A stretch of 64,000 nt of DNA from an uncultured Chloroflexia bacterium (GTDB taxonomy: Bacteria > Chloroflexota > Dehalococcoidia > UBA2979), in assembly GCA_963728205.1 (NCBI GenBank), contig CAVSIV010000006.1, forward strand, positions 736,001 to 800,000, written 5' to 3'. The notes beneath the pieces are model-generated. The model saw nothing but the letters and a program-made list of their open reading frames with translations, was not told the DNA's origin and made no database searches. Below are positions 60,104 to 64,000 of the stretch, in pieces (the stretch's first letter is position 1; every line of letters starts with the position of its first letter). The position numbers were made by a program, and so were the translations under genes.

Positions 60104-60414
60104 CGCAGCCTCTCCCCCCGCCGCCGCGGATCATAGGGGATGGGTCCGCTTCGGGCCCCCGCACGATGACGTGAGAATCCCCGCATCTCTCTCGGCACGA
60201 CATCTCCACGGACCCGGCATCTTCACGGGCAAGCTGGGCGACTCCGCTGATGCGGGCTCGGCCGCCGCCGGCGGCTCTCGGATGCGTCGCCGGTGGCACG
60301 GCGTCGCGCATGCCGGCGCCCCGGGTCGGCCCGCCGCGTCGCTCCGGAGCGTCGATGGCGCGCTGATTGCCCCGCTGCTACAATCGCCGTCCCGGTCGCA
60401 CCGCGACCCGCGCG

Positions 60415-60491
60415 CGGGGTGTAGCTCAGCCTGGCAGAGCGCTTCGTTCGGGACGAAGAGGCCCCCAGTTCAAATCTGGGCACCCCGACCA
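60415..60491 (+). tRNA. tRNA-Pro (anticodon CGG)
   Basis: CGGGGTG acceptor stem, D-arm TAGCTCAGCCTGGCAGAGC, anticodon arm CTTCG-TTCGGGA-CGAAG, T-loop TTCAAAT, 3' CCA. Confidence 0.95.
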
Positions 60492-60816
60492 TTCTTCACC
60501 GTCTTCCCCCTGCTTTCGTCCCTGTGCGTTACGTGCCGCGCACCGTATTCTCGCGGGCCTTCGTGCCGGAAGGGCGCGGGATCGGGGATCCTCCCAGCGT
60601 GGCAGGCGTGGCGCCGGGCCACGATAGCGAGGCGTTCTTTATGCCGTGCTGACGGCCTGACACGCACACTGTGGCGCCACGCGCGTTGACAGGGACAGGG
60701 CGCAACAACAGGGAAACCTTTTCAGGCAACAATCGTTCTTCGAGGAAAGCCCCGCGGCCCCCGGGCCGGCGAGGCGTGCCGGGGTCATCAGGACGCCGGG
60801 GTCTAGGATCAAATCA

Positions 60817-61746
60817 ATGGTGCAGAACGCAGAGCGGGCGGCGATCGTGGTCAGGAGTCGGAAGCAACGGGTCGAGGCGGCGATCGCTGCCGCGCTCGAG
60901 GGCGACTGGAAGCAGGCGGCCGCCGAGAACCGCGGCCTGCTCAACGAGAACCCGCGCGACGTCGAGGCGGCCAACCGTCTCGGCAAGGCGCTCACCGAGC
61001 TCGGGCAGAAGAAGCAGGCGATCGAGGCGTACCGCGCTGCCCTCGCGGCGGACCCGTCGAACGCGATCGCGCGCAAGAACATCGCGCGGCTCGAGGACAC
61101 GAAGGCGGTGAAGCCCCCGCGTGCCCGCCCCGCGGCGCCGCGCGAGATCGCGAAGGTCACGACCTCACTGATCGAGGCGTCCGACCGCGCGGCCGAGTTC
61201 GTGCTGCAGCAGGCCAACGGCCCGGCCCTGGCGAAGCTCGACCCGGGCGACGCCGCGCAGCTCGAGCCGAACGCGCGCGGGATCGCGGTGAAGAGCCTGA
61301 CGGGCGAGTTGCTCGGGTACATCGAGCCGCGCGCCGGCCTGCGCCTCCGCCGCATGATCGAGGGCGGCAACAAGTACGCCGCCGTGATCCGCGCGATCAC
61401 GAGCGACCACGGCGCCATCGTCCACGTGCGCGAGACCTACAAGCACCCGTCGCTCGTCGGCCAGGCCTCGTTCCTGCAGTCGCCGAACGCGCGCAAGCGG
61501 GTCTTCCGCGCGTACACGAAGAGCTCCGTCGTGCGCTATGACCGCGACACGGAGTTCGACGTGGACGAGTCCGAGGGACCCTCCGCCGACGCCTGGCGCC
61601 CGCGCGGCCGCGCACTCGCGGAGTCCGACGACGACGAGCAGGAGTCGACCCCGTTCTCCGACGACACGTTCGAGTCGGACGACGATGAGATCGAGCTCGA
61701 GGAGGACGACGACTCGGGCGCGGACGACGACGAGGAGGAGGAGTAG
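60817..61746 (+). CDS. TPR-repeat protein with HIRAN-like middle and acidic tail
   Basis: DVEAANRLGKALTELG, DPSNAIARKN; LLGYIEP..LRRMIEGG; D/E-rich C-terminus. Confidence 0.75.
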   Translation: MVQNAERAAIVVRSRKQRVEAAIAAALEGDWKQAAAENRGLLNENPRDVEAANRLGKALTELGQKKQAIEAYRAALAADPSNAIARKNIARLEDTKAVKPPRARPAAPREIAKVTTSLIEASDRAAEFVLQQANGPALAKLDPGDAAQLEPNARGIAVKSLTGELLGYIEPRAGLRLRRMIEGGNKYAAVIRAITSDHGAIVHVRETYKHPSLVGQASFLQSPNARKRVFRAYTKSSVVRYDRDTEFDVDESEGPSADAWRPRGRALAESDDDEQESTPFSDDTFESDDDEIELEEDDDSGADDDEEEE

Positions 61747-61851
61747 CCGCGCGGCCGCTCCTTCGACGGCGCACACCACGGGCGGCCGGGCGATGAGCCC
61801 GGCCGCTGCAATCCCGGCTCCGGCGCGCGCCCGCCGCGTTACGATGCGGCG

Positions 61852-62620
61852 ATGAACAGCTCGCGCCCTCGCATCCTGGTCACGCGCGCGGAGGACGTCG
61901 CCGGCGAGCGCTGGGACGACTACGCCGCCTGCGTGCACGAGGTCGGCGGCGAGCCGGTCGCCGGCGACCTCGCCGAATTCAGCGGGTCGCCGACGCTCGC
62001 TGCATGGGACGGGCTGCTCGTCACCGCCGGTGTCGACGTCGACCCGGCGCGCTACGGCGAGCCCCGCTCCGCGCGTGTGAGCGACGTCAACCCCGAGCGC
62101 GACGCGTTCGAGTCGGCACTGCTCGCGGAGGCCGCGCGGCGGCGCGTGCCCGTCTTCGCGATCTGTCGCGGAGCGCAGAATCCTGAACGTCGCGCGCGGC
62201 GGGTCGCTGGTCCAGCACCTGGAGGCGCGCGAGCCGCATCGCGCGCGCCGCGGCGAGGACGGCGTGAGCATCGCATCGGGGTGGCACGCGGTCGCCGTCG
62301 CACCCGGGTCACTGCTCGCCCGCGCCGCCGGCGGCGCGGAGTCGCTGCGCGTGAACTCGCGGCACCACCAGGCGATCACGCGCGAGCGGATCGCGCCCGG
62401 CCTCGTCGCGACCGGCGTCGCGCCCGACGGCGTGGTCGAGGCGATCGAGGACCCGGCGCAGCCGTGGACGCTCGGCGTGCAGTGGCATCCCGAGCGCGAC
62501 GAGATGGCGCGCGACCCGACGCTCGCCGCCGGCTCGGCGCGGCTGTTCGCCGCGTTCGTCGACGCCTGCGCCGGGCGGGACTCAGCGGCGGCGCACCCCG
62601 CCCGCGAGGAGGCACGATGA
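61852..62620 (+). CDS. peptidase C26 / gamma-glutamyl-gamma-aminobutyrate hydrolase family, apparent +1 frameshift near 62179
   Basis: GVDVDPARYG, AICRGAQ, then LNVARGGSL, VNSRHHQA, GVQWHPE in the next frame. Confidence 0.85.
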
Positions 62621-63117
62621 ACGACGCCGCGGCGCCATTCCTCTATTTCGGCTACGGCTCGAACCTCGACGCCGACCGGCTGCACATCCACTGCCCGTCC
62701 GCGCGGCTCGTGACGATCGCGCGTCTCGCGGACCACCGGCTGGCCTTCAGCATCGAGAGCAAGCGCAACTGGCACGGCGGTGTCGGCGACGTGCGCGCCA
62801 CGCCCGGCGACGAGGTGTGGGGCGCCGTCTGGCTGATCGACGGCGCGGAGAGCCACCCGCTCGACGAGCAGGAGGGCGTCTTCCGCGACCCGCCCGCCTA
62901 CCGCCGCATCACGGTCGCGGTGGAGACCCCGGCCGGCGACGTGATCCGCTGCCGCTCCTACCAGGTCGTCGCCCCCGATCCCGAGGGCTTCGCCCCGTCG
63001 CCCGCCTACCGCGAGACGATCCTGCGCGGCGCGCGGTCGCTCGGCCTGCCGGCGTCGTACCTCGCGCGCCTGGAAGCGATCGCGGACAACGGCTACGAAG
63101 GCGGCGGGCCGGCGTAG
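62617..63117 (+). CDS. gamma-glutamylcyclotransferase family protein
   Basis: YFGYGSNL, VWGAVW, LDEQEG, PSPAY; GAGGAGG RBS. Confidence 0.88.
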   Translation: MNDAAAPFLYFGYGSNLDADRLHIHCPSARLVTIARLADHRLAFSIESKRNWHGGVGDVRATPGDEVWGAVWLIDGAESHPLDEQEGVFRDPPAYRRITVAVETPAGDVIRCRSYQVVAPDPEGFAPSPAYRETILRGARSLGLPASYLARLEAIADNGYEGGGPA

Positions 63118-63142
63118 GGCTGCCGGAGGAACGAACGTCGCG

Positions 63143-63805
63143 TCAGGCCGCCGAGGCGCGACTCATCGCCCGCTCGACCGCCCAGCGGACGAACTCCCGG
63201 GCCTCGGCGGTCGCCGCCTCGTCCACGGTGGTGTCGGCGCGCCAGGCGCGAGCGCGCTCGACCGTCGAGCGCCATGGCTCCGGCAGCCGGCGCTGCGCCC
63301 ACTCCACCGCCTCCTCCTCCGTGCGGCCCAGCCCCGCCTCCAGCATGTCGAGGCAGTGGCAGAGCGCGGTGACTGCGTAGGCCATGTCGCTGCGGCGGGG
63401 GGGCGGCTGGCCGGGCGCCGACGCCTTCTCAATCCACGCGGTCCACTCGGGCAGGCGCTCCCTGAGCGCTGCGCGCAGCGCCTCGTCCGCGCTCGCTCCC
63501 CCGTCCGCCGGCAGGTCCGGCGCGGCGGGAGAGCCCGGTCGGTCGCCGGCCGCGTGATCGGCATCGGGGGCGAGATCGGCCCGGGATTCCGCGTCTGCCG
63601 GCACGTCCGCGGGTCCGGGGTCGAGCGGCGGCTGCGCGTACGCCGCCAGCATCGAGCGGAACGCCCGCAGCTCCTCGATGCGCCGCTCGAGCGTCGCGAG
63701 CTCATCGCGCAGCACCGCCGCGCGTCGCCCGGCCGCCGCCTCGTCCGCCTCGATCCGAAGCCACACCGAGCCATCGAGGGCCGGCAACGCCGTCGCGGAT
63801 GTCAT
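63143..63805 (-). CDS. protein with C-terminal aminoglycoside adenylyltransferase (DUF4111)-like helical domain
   Basis: YAVTALC..L..G..EEEAVEWA...W...VERARAWR...EAREFVRW; N-terminal coiled coil; AGGAGG RBS. Confidence 0.55.
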   Translation of the reverse strand: MTSATALPALDGSVWLRIEADEAAAGRRAAVLRDELATLERRIEELRAFRSMLAAYAQPPLDPGPADVPADAESRADLAPDADHAAGDRPGSPAAPDLPADGGASADEALRAALRERLPEWTAWIEKASAPGQPPPRRSDMAYAVTALCHCLDMLEAGLGRTEEEAVEWAQRRLPEPWRSTVERARAWRADTTVDEAATAEAREFVRWAVERAMSRASAA

Positions 63806-64000
63806 CGGGCACCTCCTGCGCCAGGCGCGCACCGTCTGCGCGCAACGCGATCCTGCGAGATCGAAGCGCGCACCGCGTCCCGGCAATCGTGGATGTTCTG
63901 TAAACAAACGTGGTCACGGCGCCCACTGCGCGCTCGAGGGCGCCGACGCGGTGCGCGGCCGGTCCGCGGCCGCCTGCCGACAGGTTCGACGCCGCTCGCC

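Noticed and set aside
60415-60491. tRNA-Pro as an island integration site
   Set aside because: No integrase and no duplicated tRNA 3' end seen in the window
50505-62185. Programmed frameshifting in the aminotransferase (~50511), GNAT (~53690) and C26 peptidase (~62179)
   Set aside because: No slippery heptamers seen; single-base indels fit sequencing or assembly error

Overview
A very GC-rich bacterial chromosomal window. The gene content (F420-type LLM oxidoreductase, paired CaiB/BaiF CoA-transferases, acyl-CoA dehydrogenase, many alpha/beta hydrolases) suggests Chloroflexota/Dehalococcoidia or a similar lineage; this is inference only. About 55 CDS and one tRNA-Pro(CGG) are recognisable, and two non-obvious layers stand out. 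(1) A REP/RAYT-like system: two related HUH (Y1) tyrosine transposase genes (47985-48539, 57095-57652) are each bracketed by perfect inverted repeats (32 and 40 bp) that start with CGTC and contain a palindrome. The palindrome beside the first gene belongs to a family with 18 copies in the window, essentially all intergenic (consensus AAGCGGCGGCAGACAYGCCGCCGAY). The copies occur as doublets, one whole doublet recurs 36 kb away, and short tandem arrays sit next to several copies. (2) A ~17 kb REP-free accessory block (about 24.1-41.2 kb) bounded by higA and a decayed higA fragment. It carries stress membrane proteins, two RRM proteins, a heavily frameshifted cyclic beta-1,2-glucan synthase, and a regulatory cassette: BTAD regulator, small protein, sensorless hybrid kinase, and a BTAD-S24 peptidase fusion. 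An 11-bp-periodic GTNAC box sits at fixed spacing from -10-like hexamers in front of four island genes. Single-base frameshifts in several genes suggest long-read indel errors. All coordinates and identities were read by eye and no database search was run.
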